Notes under the pieces: generated by a model
Told to the model about the DNA's origin: nothing
The model's database searches: none
The model's input: the letters and a program-made list of their open reading frames with translations, nothing else
In this document: positions 1 to 7,849 of the stretch, one piece after another
Position numbering within the stretch: the first letter of the stretch is position 1
Layout of the letters: every line of letters starts with the position of its first letter
Virus record (IMG/VR): IMGVR_UViG_3300032247_000665
Span: 1 to 29,038 of that record
Reading direction: 5' to 3' (one strand)
From: a virus
Taxonomy: Duplodnaviria > Caudoviricetes
Length of the DNA stretch: 29,038 bases
Made by a program: the position numbers and the translations under genes

Positions 1-39
1 ACCAGTGTTGTCTGAGAAAAAATTATTAAAACTTGTCAT
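1..39 (-). CDS. 5' end of a downstream gene, truncated by the window edge (MTSFNNFFSDNTG...)
   Basis: ATG at 39-37 overlaps the 3' end of recA, and the frame is open to base 1. Fits the tight gene packing, but only 13 codons are visible. Confidence 0.4.
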   Translation of the reverse strand, partial: MTSFNNFFSDNTG

Positions 40-1030
40 AAATTTTTTCCTTTAGTGCATCTAATACATCAGGGAATCCACGAAGATATTCTACTGATTT
101 TGCACGACCCTGGAAACGCTCTCCTTCAATCGTGTACCATGAACCACCACGTTGGACAATGCCCATCATTTCTGCAACGTCCAGCACTTCCCCAACGGAA
201 TCCACTCCGACTGCATCTCCCTGATAATAAAAGTCGTATTGACCACTAAGGTTTGGTGGTCCAAGCTTGTTATAGTCAATAATCCAGTTGACGGGTCTGC
301 CAACTTTTTGGTCAATGATCTTATCACCAACCTGGATTCCAGATTTAATAGCATTTGCTTCAGCTTCCGATGCCCAGAGTTTAATGATCGTAGATGAAAA
401 GAACTTAACCGCCATTCCTCCTGTTGGAATATGAGATGCATGCATAGATCCAAATTGATTTCTCTGCTGGGAAATAAGAACCAATAAGGTGTTCTTATTT
501 GCATAGTTAAGCATTTTAACTGCATGTGTCATATCCTTTGCTTCTGCACCAATCTGTTTGGTGTCTTGTAGGTCTTTAAGATCATCCCCGTCTTTTTCAA
601 AGTAAATAGCAGGAAGTAATGCAGAAATTGAATCAACAACGATGATATCTACTTCTGCTTTCATTAATTGAACTGCCACATCAACCATATCGTTGATAGA
701 CTTTGCGGGAGAATAGATTAATTTACTAGAATCAACTCCTAGCAACTCTGCCCACTCTGCAGAATAAGATGCCTCAGAATCAATCCAAGCGCATGTCTTT
801 CCATTTTTTTGTGCATCGGCAATCATTTGTAAACAAAATGATGATTTTCCTGCTGATTTATTTCCCCAGACTAATACTTGCCTACCAAATCCAAGCCCGC
901 CTCTAAGAGCGAGATTTAGACCTATGCTGGGAGTTTGCTGTTTTTGAACGTCTACGGTTGTCGCCATTTGAACCCTTTGTCTTGTTTTGGGGTCCAGTTT
1001 TGCCAGAATATCTTCTGCTACCTGTGTCAT
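26..1030 (-). CDS. recA: RecA/UvsX-like recombinase
   Basis: Walker A GNKSAGKS, WIDSE motif, Walker B IIVVDSI, GGMAVKFFSS and C-terminal GGSWY...FQGR, all RecA-family motifs. Confidence 0.95.
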   Translation of the reverse strand: MTQVAEDILAKLDPKTRQRVQMATTVDVQKQQTPSIGLNLALRGGLGFGRQVLVWGNKSAGKSSFCLQMIADAQKNGKTCAWIDSEASYSAEWAELLGVDSSKLIYSPAKSINDMVDVAVQLMKAEVDIIVVDSISALLPAIYFEKDGDDLKDLQDTKQIGAEAKDMTHAVKMLNYANKNTLLVLISQQRNQFGSMHASHIPTGGMAVKFFSSTIIKLWASEAEANAIKSGIQVGDKIIDQKVGRPVNWIIDYNKLGPPNLSGQYDFYYQGDAVGVDSVGEVLDVAEMMGIVQRGGSWYTIEGERFQGRAKSVEYLRGFPDVLDALKEKIYDKF

Positions 1031-1187
1031 TTAAACTCTCTTCTAATAATAATGCCAGTTCTTTCATCCATTTTGAGCGACTGGTGCTCAACCTATCTAT
1101 TAACGCTAAGATAGAATCTTGATCTTGACTCTTTATAACTAAAAGGTACTCATCTTCAATACCCTCTAGAATGTAGGCATCGTTCAT
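903..1187 (-). CDS. hypothetical protein whose 3' end overlaps recA by 128 nt
   Basis: Fills the gap between the MazG-like gene and recA. TATAAT lies 8 nt upstream of the ATG. The first ~55 aa look protein-like, while the tail read in the overlap is basic and low-complexity. Confidence 0.65.
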   Translation of the reverse strand: MNDAYILEGIEDEYLLVIKSQDQDSILALIDRLSTSRSKWMKELALLLEESLNDTGSRRYSGKTGPQNKTKGSNGDNRRRSKTANSQHRSKSRS

Positions 1188-1195
1188 ATGATTCT

Positions 1196-1201
1196 ATTAT
1201 A
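1196..1201 (-). promoter_or_regulatory. putative -10 box (TATAAT) for a nearly leaderless transcript covering ORF 903-1187 and recA
   Basis: Minus strand ...AAGACA-17nt-TATAAT-AGAATCAT-ATG; no Shine-Dalgarno; the -35 is weak. Confidence 0.5.
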
Positions 1202-1228
1202 GCGTATTTTTATTTCTTTGTCTTTAAA

Positions 1229-1585
1229 TTATGCTAAATTTCCATGCATAGGTGGTCGTTCTTTATTAATGCCAATTTTTTTCTCTAAGATATCATCAAA
1301 TGATGATGTTACCCATCCAGTAGCTTTTGCTCCAGCATAAAAGTCCATTAGTCGAATAAAGATATCAACAAGTTCTTCTACAATCTTTTCTTCACCCTGT
1401 TGCTTACGCATAGCCTCAAGGACTTCGCTTACCTCAGAATGCACTAATGCAAGCTTGGCAAGCATAAAATCAATATCCTGAACTGAGTGCTGGGTATAAG
1501 ATCCTTCTGGATATACCTTTTTCCAAAAACCCTTTTTCTTTGCAATTGTATGCAAATCATTTGCCAAATTATTCAGGTAGCTCAT
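1229..1585 (-). CDS. MazG-like nucleotide pyrophosphohydrolase
   Basis: KGFW...KLALVHSEVSEVLEAMRK...EELVDIFIRLMD...KIGINKERP: the ExxE...ExxD all-alpha NTP-PPase pattern. Confidence 0.85.
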   Translation of the reverse strand: MSYLNNLANDLHTIAKKKGFWKKVYPEGSYTQHSVQDIDFMLAKLALVHSEVSEVLEAMRKQQGEEKIVEELVDIFIRLMDFYAGAKATGWVTSSFDDILEKKIGINKERPPMHGNLA

Positions 1586-1778
1586 CTACGACTCCTGCAT
1601 CAACTAGGGAGAATTGTAATTCATCATCTCCGATTGGATCTACTGCCACAGCAAAATTTGAATAATCTGTAATAAGATCTTCCTTAGTCATTACAACTGT
1701 ACCGACCTTATGTAGTACCGCTGCCAAAATTTGTTCAACCGAAAGTTGAACTTGCTGTAAATCTAATTCTTCAGCCAT
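1569..1778 (-). CDS. small acidic hypothetical protein
   Basis: ATG directly follows the dnaE stop, AAGGAGA RBS upstream, overlaps the MazG-like start. Confidence 0.7.
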   Translation of the reverse strand: MAEELDLQQVQLSVEQILAAVLHKVGTVVMTKEDLITDYSNFAVAVDPIGDDELQFSLVDAGVVDELPE

Positions 1779-2885
1779 TTAATTTATCTCCTTTACGAAT
1801 GTAGTATCATCATCTGATGATTTAATTTCTAATGAACACACAGTTCCCACTCTCATTTTACCAAGAGCTTTTGAATACATTGTTGGGAAAACCAACACAC
1901 GACTGAGGGTCTTGGTATTATCTGAAAGAATGATGTGTGCCATCATCTTGTTTGTTTTTGTTTTATAATGTGTAAAATCTACAACCAAATGCTTTTCATC
2001 TGGGATATCGATTGTATCACGATAGAGCCAATTAATAAAGGGATCTTCCTTTTTATTAATTATATCTTCAATTTCAACATAGCGGTGAATGCGATTATCT
2101 CCTACAAGGAAGAAATACATATTGCCAGTTTCAATCTGCGTATTCTCGCTGTGGAAAATACCAATAGCACCTGTATCATCTACAAGTTCTACACGACTCC
2201 AACCCTTACCTTTTTTGATAGATCGAACCATAGCCATAAGAACAAAGCAACCTTCTTCAAGAAATTCCTCAAGTGGTTGAACTTGTGCTTTAATTTTAGG
2301 TGAAAGACCTTGAATATCAAACTTAGGAATTGTTAGGTACTCATAAAGATTATCATTCTCATTGCCATGACGAGGATTGTCTTTAAAAGAAGCCCCGCCA
2401 ATTGCGTTCAATGATTCAATTGCCCTAGCATTAATTCCGCTACCCTTAGTTTTAGAAACCTCTAGCAAGTGCTCATAGTTTCTGTATGGTCTATTGGCAA
2501 TCAGCTTGGAAGCGATATTGTCAGATATATATTTGATATCCCCAAGACCAAAACGAATTGCTGAACCTTGAATACTAAATCCAGATTCTGATTCGTTAAC
2601 ATGGGGTAGTAATACCTTGATACCTAGTCGCTTTGCTTCCAAGAGGTATTCAGTTCTTGCATCTTTATCTTTTTCATTTTTAAGAATAGAATAGATAAAC
2701 TCCAGCGGATAGTAATGCTTAAGCCAAGCAGTCCAGTAAGACAGCATAGAGTAAGCAACGGCATGACTACGATTAAAGGAATAGCCAGCATGAGCCTCAA
2801 AGTCATGCCACAAATGTTCAGCATCTTCTTTAGCAATATTTTTGCTTGCACCCTCAACAAACTTATCTGTAAATATATCAAACTC
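1779..2885 (-). CDS. dnaE: DNA polymerase III alpha, C-terminal part (fingers end, HhH, OB fold); in-frame continuation of 2886-5066 after a TGA
   Basis: AGYSFNRSHAVAYS...YWTAWLKHYYP and AIRFGLGDIKYI motifs. The 24 codons between the TGA (2888-2886) and the TTG at 2813 are open and in frame (EFDIFTDKFVEGASKNIAKEDAEH). Confidence 0.9.
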   Translation of the reverse strand, partial: EFDIFTDKFVEGASKNIAKEDAEHLWHDFEAHAGYSFNRSHAVAYSMLSYWTAWLKHYYPLEFIYSILKNEKDKDARTEYLLEAKRLGIKVLLPHVNESESGFSIQGSAIRFGLGDIKYISDNIASKLIANRPYRNYEHLLEVSKTKGSGINARAIESLNAIGGASFKDNPRHGNENDNLYEYLTIPKFDIQGLSPKIKAQVQPLEEFLEEGCFVLMAMVRSIKKGKGWSRVELVDDTGAIGIFHSENTQIETGNMYFFLVGDNRIHRYVEIEDIINKKEDPFINWLYRDTIDIPDEKHLVVDFTHYKTKTNKMMAHIILSDNTKTLSRVLVFPTMYSKALGKMRVGTVCSLEIKSSDDDTTFVKEIN

Positions 2886-5066
2886 TCAAGCATCCTTTTT
2901 CTTACCAATAATCTTACGAACTTTATCAGCTTCCGCCCAAGTCATACCGCCAAGATATACACAGGCTTGCATAACCTGCTCTTGATAAATAATAACACCA
3001 TATGTGTTCTTTGTAAAATCTTGCATAATTGGATGAACATATTCAACCATTTCTGTTCCACGCTTGCGACCTACATAAGCTCCACCCACAGTATTCATAG
3101 CACCTGGGCGTACAAGAGCATTTGATGCAACAAGATCCTCAAAGTTATCCACACCCATCTTAATCAATAGGTTGGTATAAGGTGTTGCTTCAGCCTGGAA
3201 TACGCCTCGTGTGTAGCCATTAGATAAATCTTTAAAGATCTTTGGGTCATTTAGTGGCAGAGAATGCAAATCAATTTCTTTTCCATCTCTTGATTTAATA
3301 ATATCCAGTGTGTCTTTAATTACAGACAAAGACTTTAGACCAAGTGCATCTAGTTTAATCAGACCAATATTTGCAGCATGCTCCATATCATATCCAACTA
3401 CAGGAATTCGACCAGACACAGAATCATCTGGGTCTTTGCGAGTTTCAATTGGAACATACTTAGAAATTGGTTCTTTTGAAACTACAACACCTGCAGCATG
3501 CATGCCTACAGCACGAATCTTACCACGAAGCATAGATGCATACTTTATTACCTCTGGATACTTTTCTCTAAACCAGTCTGCGTTTGGATTACTTTCTAAG
3601 TCCTCAAATGTTTCAATGCCCTTGAGAGCCTTGTTAATTTCACCAAGTGGTACACCAAAAGCTCTACCTACATCTCGCACCACACCCTTATCTTTAAAGT
3701 ATTGGAATGTAGAAATAGATGCAACGTGCTTAAATTTTGTACGCAAATAATCCTTAACTTCGCCACGCCGTCTATCCATGAAGTCGGTATCAATATCTGG
3801 AAAGTCATTACGTTCTGGATTGATAAAGCGGAAGAATAGTAGGTCATATTGAATTGGGTCTACATCTGTAATACCAAGAAGATAGCATACAAGGCTTCCT
3901 GCAGCACTACCACGACCTGGACCAACCATAATATCTTGGTCTTTTGCCCAGCCAACCATATCTGCTACAACCAAGAAATATGAAGCAAAATCTTTATCTT
4001 TAATAACTTGAAGTTCTTCATCTAACCTGACAGAATAATCTGTGCCATATGCTGTATCAAGGACTGCTAACTTCTCCAACGCTTCCTCACACAACTTACG
4101 CAGTTCGTCATTAGCATCATTCTTGGGCTTAGGCAATAATTCAAGACCCTCGTAAAATTCATACTCACCAATTTTACCTAATACGTCTAGTGTATTGTCA
4201 TATAGATCTTCACGGTCAATGCCTTGCTTTAGCATTGACTTCTTGATATCCTCCCGCCCTTGAATATAAACATCAATCTCCTCAAAGGAGATTGGGCGGT
4301 CTGGGTAAAGATGATTTAATCTTTGGAATACATCCTTGAACTTCTTTCCAGACTCATATGTTGCATCTGCATCCATCTTAGGCTTAGTGGAAATAATAAG
4401 TAAAATCTCTTCCAAGGCACGTTGATCTGGTGTATCAAAGTGGGCATCAGAGGTAACTACTGGCTTGACGTTAAATTCATCAGCGAGTTCTAGTAATTTG
4501 TAGTTAAGGTCTGCGGGATTATGTGCCTGAATTTCCATATAAAAATCATCGTCAAATCGGTTCTTAAACCAACGAGTATACTCTCTAGCTTTTTCCATGT
4601 CCCCACGATCAATTGCTTTGGCAATCAGACCATTCATACATCCAGAAACAACAATAATTCCGTCACCATGATCGTTAAGCAACTCCATATCAATACGAGG
4701 CTTATGGTAATATCCTTCTGTCCAAGCAATCTCAGACATAGCCTGAAGATTTTTTAGACCTGTCTGATCCTTAGCCAACAAAATAATGTGATTGTATACG
4801 GATGTATTGTCGTCACGCTTCTTAACGTCACGCTTATCAAATCTATCTGTTGCAGAGATGTATGCCTCAAGACCTAATATTGGCTTCATGCCTAATTCTT
4901 TTGCAGCGATTTGCATATCACGATGGGACGACAAAGTGCCATGATCTGTAATAGCCATAGCAGTATGTCCCAAAGCTTGTCCAGCCACCAAAAGTTCATG
5001 GGGGGTGCAAAGACCATCCATTAGACTGTAGTGTGAATGAACGTGCAAGTGTACAAAATTAGTCAT
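2886..5066 (-). CDS. dnaE: DNA polymerase III alpha, N-terminal part (PHP, palm, thumb, fingers start); full gene 1779-5066 is about 1095 codons with one internal TGA
   Basis: PHP motifs HLHVHSHYS, TDHG, GLEAY and SDAH; GPGRGSAAGSLV; catalytic PDIDTDF and KLDALGL; HAAGVV; GVFQ; IIYQEQVM. Confidence 0.95.
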   Translation of the reverse strand: MTNFVHLHVHSHYSLMDGLCTPHELLVAGQALGHTAMAITDHGTLSSHRDMQIAAKELGMKPILGLEAYISATDRFDKRDVKKRDDNTSVYNHIILLAKDQTGLKNLQAMSEIAWTEGYYHKPRIDMELLNDHGDGIIVVSGCMNGLIAKAIDRGDMEKAREYTRWFKNRFDDDFYMEIQAHNPADLNYKLLELADEFNVKPVVTSDAHFDTPDQRALEEILLIISTKPKMDADATYESGKKFKDVFQRLNHLYPDRPISFEEIDVYIQGREDIKKSMLKQGIDREDLYDNTLDVLGKIGEYEFYEGLELLPKPKNDANDELRKLCEEALEKLAVLDTAYGTDYSVRLDEELQVIKDKDFASYFLVVADMVGWAKDQDIMVGPGRGSAAGSLVCYLLGITDVDPIQYDLLFFRFINPERNDFPDIDTDFMDRRRGEVKDYLRTKFKHVASISTFQYFKDKGVVRDVGRAFGVPLGEINKALKGIETFEDLESNPNADWFREKYPEVIKYASMLRGKIRAVGMHAAGVVVSKEPISKYVPIETRKDPDDSVSGRIPVVGYDMEHAANIGLIKLDALGLKSLSVIKDTLDIIKSRDGKEIDLHSLPLNDPKIFKDLSNGYTRGVFQAEATPYTNLLIKMGVDNFEDLVASNALVRPGAMNTVGGAYVGRKRGTEMVEYVHPIMQDFTKNTYGVIIYQEQVMQACVYLGGMTWAEADKVRKIIGKKKDA

Positions 5067-5250
5067 GTGTTATTCCGTGTTCCTTATCAATATCTGCGTG
5101 TACCTGCTCTTGAATCTTTGGCAGGATATATTTTTTAAATATTACTTTATATAGCAATCCAACTATAACAAAATCTTGAATTATTGTCCATAGCAATTCT
5201 GCAATAATATGATTGTGATCAGTAAATATAGTCCACCAAGTTTCATGCAC
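5059..5250 (-). CDS. small membrane protein
   Basis: One hydrophobic segment (IIAELLWTIIQDFVIVGLLYKVIF); overlaps both neighbours; GTG start preceded by GAGGAG. Confidence 0.65.
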   Translation of the reverse strand: MHETWWTIFTDHNHIIAELLWTIIQDFVIVGLLYKVIFKKYILPKIQEQVHADIDKEHGITHD

Positions 5251-5744
5251 TAGAACTCCTCATTGTTAATTAGTTTATGTGTAAACCAGTAGTAGTTGCA
5301 AGTGTCACAGCATACATTGTTGCGGATCTTTTTGGATTCCCGCTCAAACTCAAAATAGTATTCTGAGTCTTTGTTGAATAAATTGCCACGATGAGTAATC
5401 TCAATCTTGTTGGCAATTGATTCGTCTGTCATCCAGCCTGGAACTGTAAGTCCATCGCCACGATGATAATTAGACTCATGCAATTCTTCAATAGCTGTCC
5501 AATTCTTTTCAGTTGCAATATTACGCCGTTTGCACTCACGCATAATGGCATACAAATACTTGTAAAGCATATTTTCATGATTACGCCACATACGAGTAGC
5601 AGGATGATTTACCCAACCCGCAGTACGTCCTAAAAGTGCAGCATAAATTTGTCGACCTTCTAGCAGTTGCTTGTTAAGTCGCTTGTTATCTAATGCTTGT
5701 GCAGATAGGTCAAAGTTATAAACGTAAGGTAAAAATGTTTGCAT
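5250..5744 (-). CDS. pyrimidine dimer DNA glycosylase / endonuclease V-like protein (MSMEG_6728-like)
   Basis: MQTFLPY...LDNKRLNKQLLE..QI...GWVNHPATRMW...HRGNL..KD..YY signature. Confidence 0.85.
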   Translation of the reverse strand: MQTFLPYVYNFDLSAQALDNKRLNKQLLEGRQIYAALLGRTAGWVNHPATRMWRNHENMLYKYLYAIMRECKRRNIATEKNWTAIEELHESNYHRGDGLTVPGWMTDESIANKIEITHRGNLFNKDSEYYFEFERESKKIRNNVCCDTCNYYWFTHKLINNEEF

Positions 5745-5761
5745 ATTAATCCAATCAATTG

Positions 5762-5796
5762 TGTTAGGGGACTAGCATAACACTAATCCCCTAACA
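5762..5796 (-). terminator. strong inverted repeat/hairpin downstream of the SSB gene (terminator or operator)
   Basis: TGTTAGGGGA(TTAG)...(CTAG)TCCCCTAACA: 10 perfect bp, extendable to 14 with a G-U pair. No clear U-tract, and it overlaps a promoter. Confidence 0.5.
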
Positions 5797-5803
5797 TTGT
5801 CAA
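5774..5803 (-). promoter_or_regulatory. sigma70/SigA-type promoter for the glycosylase-dnaE operon
   Basis: TTGACA-18nt-TATGCT with an extended TGn before the -10. Confidence 0.65.
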
Positions 5804-5810
5804 TAGTTAT

Positions 5811-6479
5811 TTACCACTCAACGGATGATGAGGTGGATGAATCTGAATCTGACGAACGACCAAGATAAAAATCTTCCTGTTCATCATAAACAACATCACG
5901 AACTGCAACCTTTTCAAGATCTACTAGTTCATACTTCTCCAAATCAACTGGCTTAATATCAGCAGTTGGTAATGGAATGATGCTGTAATTAGTATCAGTC
6001 TTTTCACCTGTTCGCTTCAAACGCCAGATAACATCTGTGATGCTACCAGTTTCACCAGCGTACTGGATAATTTCTGGAGTTGCACTCTTTGGTCCCGCAC
6101 CCTGCGAGAAAATTGCAACATAGGGTTCTTCCGTACCATCATCAACAAGCACGTTGATGTACAGTCGGCTACGACCCTTCCAGCCAACCTTTGGGTCACG
6201 GCGATGCTGCTCGCAACCATAGCAACGACCCTGATCCTCAATGGAGCATAGAGCCTTACGGCGGTAATCTGTTGGATTTGTGTGTTCTACGGCAATAAAG
6301 CCAAGTCCTGCATCTGCAACGTAATTCTTTGAGTCTGGGTCAAGTTCCTGCAGGAAGCGGATCTTAACACTCTGATTGTCGTTTAGCTTAAGCCAACGAC
6401 CCTTTGGACCATCTGCATAATTTGATGCTGGCTTGTCCAGAGCCTTGTTCATAGCGGATAAACCTTTTACTAATCCCAT
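5811..6479 (-). CDS. single-stranded DNA-binding protein, T4 gp32-like
   Basis: WLKL...VKIRFL, H...C..CYGC Zn site, RLYINVLV, KRTGEKTDTNYSI, acidic/Ser C-terminal tail ending VEW; adjacent to primase. Confidence 0.8.
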   Translation of the reverse strand: MGLVKGLSAMNKALDKPASNYADGPKGRWLKLNDNQSVKIRFLQELDPDSKNYVADAGLGFIAVEHTNPTDYRRKALCSIEDQGRCYGCEQHRRDPKVGWKGRSRLYINVLVDDGTEEPYVAIFSQGAGPKSATPEIIQYAGETGSITDVIWRLKRTGEKTDTNYSIIPLPTADIKPVDLEKYELVDLEKVAVRDVVYDEQEDFYLGRSSDSDSSTSSSVEW

Positions 6480-6528
6480 TATATATCTCCTATAGTGTAA
6501 TTGGGCTATATTATGCCCTTGTCTTATT

Positions 6529-6558
6529 ATTATACCATTGTTAGATGGCGGTTGTCAA
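6529..6558 (-). promoter_or_regulatory. consensus sigma70-type promoter for the SSB gene
   Basis: Exact TTGACA (6558-6553), 18-nt spacer ending in TGG, TATAAT (6534-6529); RBS AGGAGA at 6491-6486. Confidence 0.85.
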
Positions 6559-7506
6559 GGCATATTCATAATGCGGAACTGCATTAATAATACATGTCCT
6601 AATTTCTTCTGGAGTTAGTTCTCCAGCATCTTTTGCTTCATGTGGATATATCATATCATAATTATATGAACCCCACAAGATATTTTTATTATTTAATCTG
6701 TTAGCAATATTGGTGCCAAGTTTTCTACCTGCTTCATCATTGTCTGTCATGATAATAATAGTAGATGCATAACGATTAAGTAATTGAATTTGCTCTTTTG
6801 ATAAGTGTGCTCCTAGTGTGGCTACAACATTTGGAAATCCCGCCTGAGCAATTAAAATTGCATCGAACGATGATTCGCAAACAATAATTTTTCCACCATG
6901 CTTTTTAGCGGAGCTAAGATTGAATAGAGTTTTGTTGCGTGGGAGGTTTTGACTATTCTTAAATGTCTTACCCTCAACTGAACGACCAATAATTCCTACC
7001 GCCATTCCATCTGGAGCGGTCAGTGGGACAGTCACCATAGCCTGATTACCAGAGTATCCTAAATTAAACGATGAAATACTGGTATCATTTATACCCCTAG
7101 AATAAAAATAATTCCTAGCGTTTTCATTATTTAATAATTCATTGTGCAATTTAGCCAAAGTTTCTTCTGGAAATGCTTCAAAGTCTGGTTTTTGATCTAA
7201 AAGGTCTGAAAGCTCATCTGAAACATCTGAACTTGATTGTCTATGAGCCAAGATAAACCTAATTGTCTCAAAGTCATTACGATGTGTTGTTTCTTTAACC
7301 AAGTCATTTAATGTTCCTCTTGCATCGCAAGATGGATTAAAACAAAAGTAAAGACCTTTATTGTAATCTACTTCAAATGACGGGCTATTGCGATTAGCGT
7401 GGAATGGGCACAGGCACAAGAAGTGCTGTCCAGTTTCTGATTCAATCTTTAGATTTAGGGCATTAAGAATTGATCGGATATCCGATTTAGTATAAACATC
7501 GTTCAT
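6541..7506 (-). CDS. dnaG: DNA primase (CHC2 zinc finger + Toprim)
   Basis: CPFH...CFNPSC zinc finger; GR and LFNL; Toprim CESSFDA...VATLG...MTDNDEAG. Confidence 0.9.
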   Translation of the reverse strand: MNDVYTKSDIRSILNALNLKIESETGQHFLCLCPFHANRNSPSFEVDYNKGLYFCFNPSCDARGTLNDLVKETTHRNDFETIRFILAHRQSSSDVSDELSDLLDQKPDFEAFPEETLAKLHNELLNNENARNYFYSRGINDTSISSFNLGYSGNQAMVTVPLTAPDGMAVGIIGRSVEGKTFKNSQNLPRNKTLFNLSSAKKHGGKIIVCESSFDAILIAQAGFPNVVATLGAHLSKEQIQLLNRYASTIIIMTDNDEAGRKLGTNIANRLNNKNILWGSYNYDMIYPHEAKDAGELTPEEIRTCIINAVPHYEYALTTAI

Positions 7507-7517
7507 TATTTTTTTGC

Positions 7518-7799
7518 CTATCTAGGAATAAAGTGTTGCCCAGAGAATCCTTCGATTTCTTGAGCCTTACGTTTACCTAAGTATACACCATAGATTTCTA
7601 ATTGAAAAGAATAAATATCTTTTTCGTGGTTATACTTAATAGAAAATTGGGGGTCTAGATCTAAAACAGGAACATAGCCTTTAGAACGCATCTCATCAGT
7701 TAATAACTTAAGATACATTTCTTTCAATCTGCTTATGTCAGAGTCACTCTTAATGGTTCCATTAATATAGAAACTCTTTATATTTCGGTTTAACATCAC
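7518..7799 (-). CDS. hypothetical protein between helicase and primase
   Basis: Compact 93-aa ORF filling the gap; AAGGAAGG upstream. Confidence 0.7.
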   Translation of the reverse strand: MMLNRNIKSFYINGTIKSDSDISRLKEMYLKLLTDEMRSKGYVPVLDLDPQFSIKYNHEKDIYSFQLEIYGVYLGKRKAQEIEGFSGQHFIPR

Positions 7800-7805
7800 G
7801 ACCTT

Positions 7806-7836
7806 CCTTGTATACCATTTTACCAGGAATACAAGG
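7806..7836 (-). promoter_or_regulatory. inverted repeat enclosing an extended -10-like box
   Basis: CCTTGTAT-TCCTGG-TAAAAT-GGT-ATACAAGG on the minus strand, in the intergenic gap after the helicase. Confidence 0.45.
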
Positions 7837-7849
7837 GTTTACATAATGT

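Noticed and set aside
2830-2885. SECIS-like element after the dnaE TGA (selenocysteine)
   Set aside because: Only a weak 5-bp AGCAA/TTGCT stem far from the codon, and the position is not an evident catalytic Cys site
2760-2890. Split-intein or intron explanation for the two-part dnaE
   Set aside because: The two parts are contiguous and in frame with no intervening sequence. There are no intein N-terminal or C-terminal HN motifs, and the usual DnaE intein site (GY|SFNRSH) is uninterrupted.
2624-2908. Programmed -1 frameshift at AAG AAA AAG, or alternative-frame ORF 2624-2908
   Set aside because: The DnaE continuation is in the same frame as the upstream part, so a frameshift would not restore it. 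The alternative ORF has no protein-like features.
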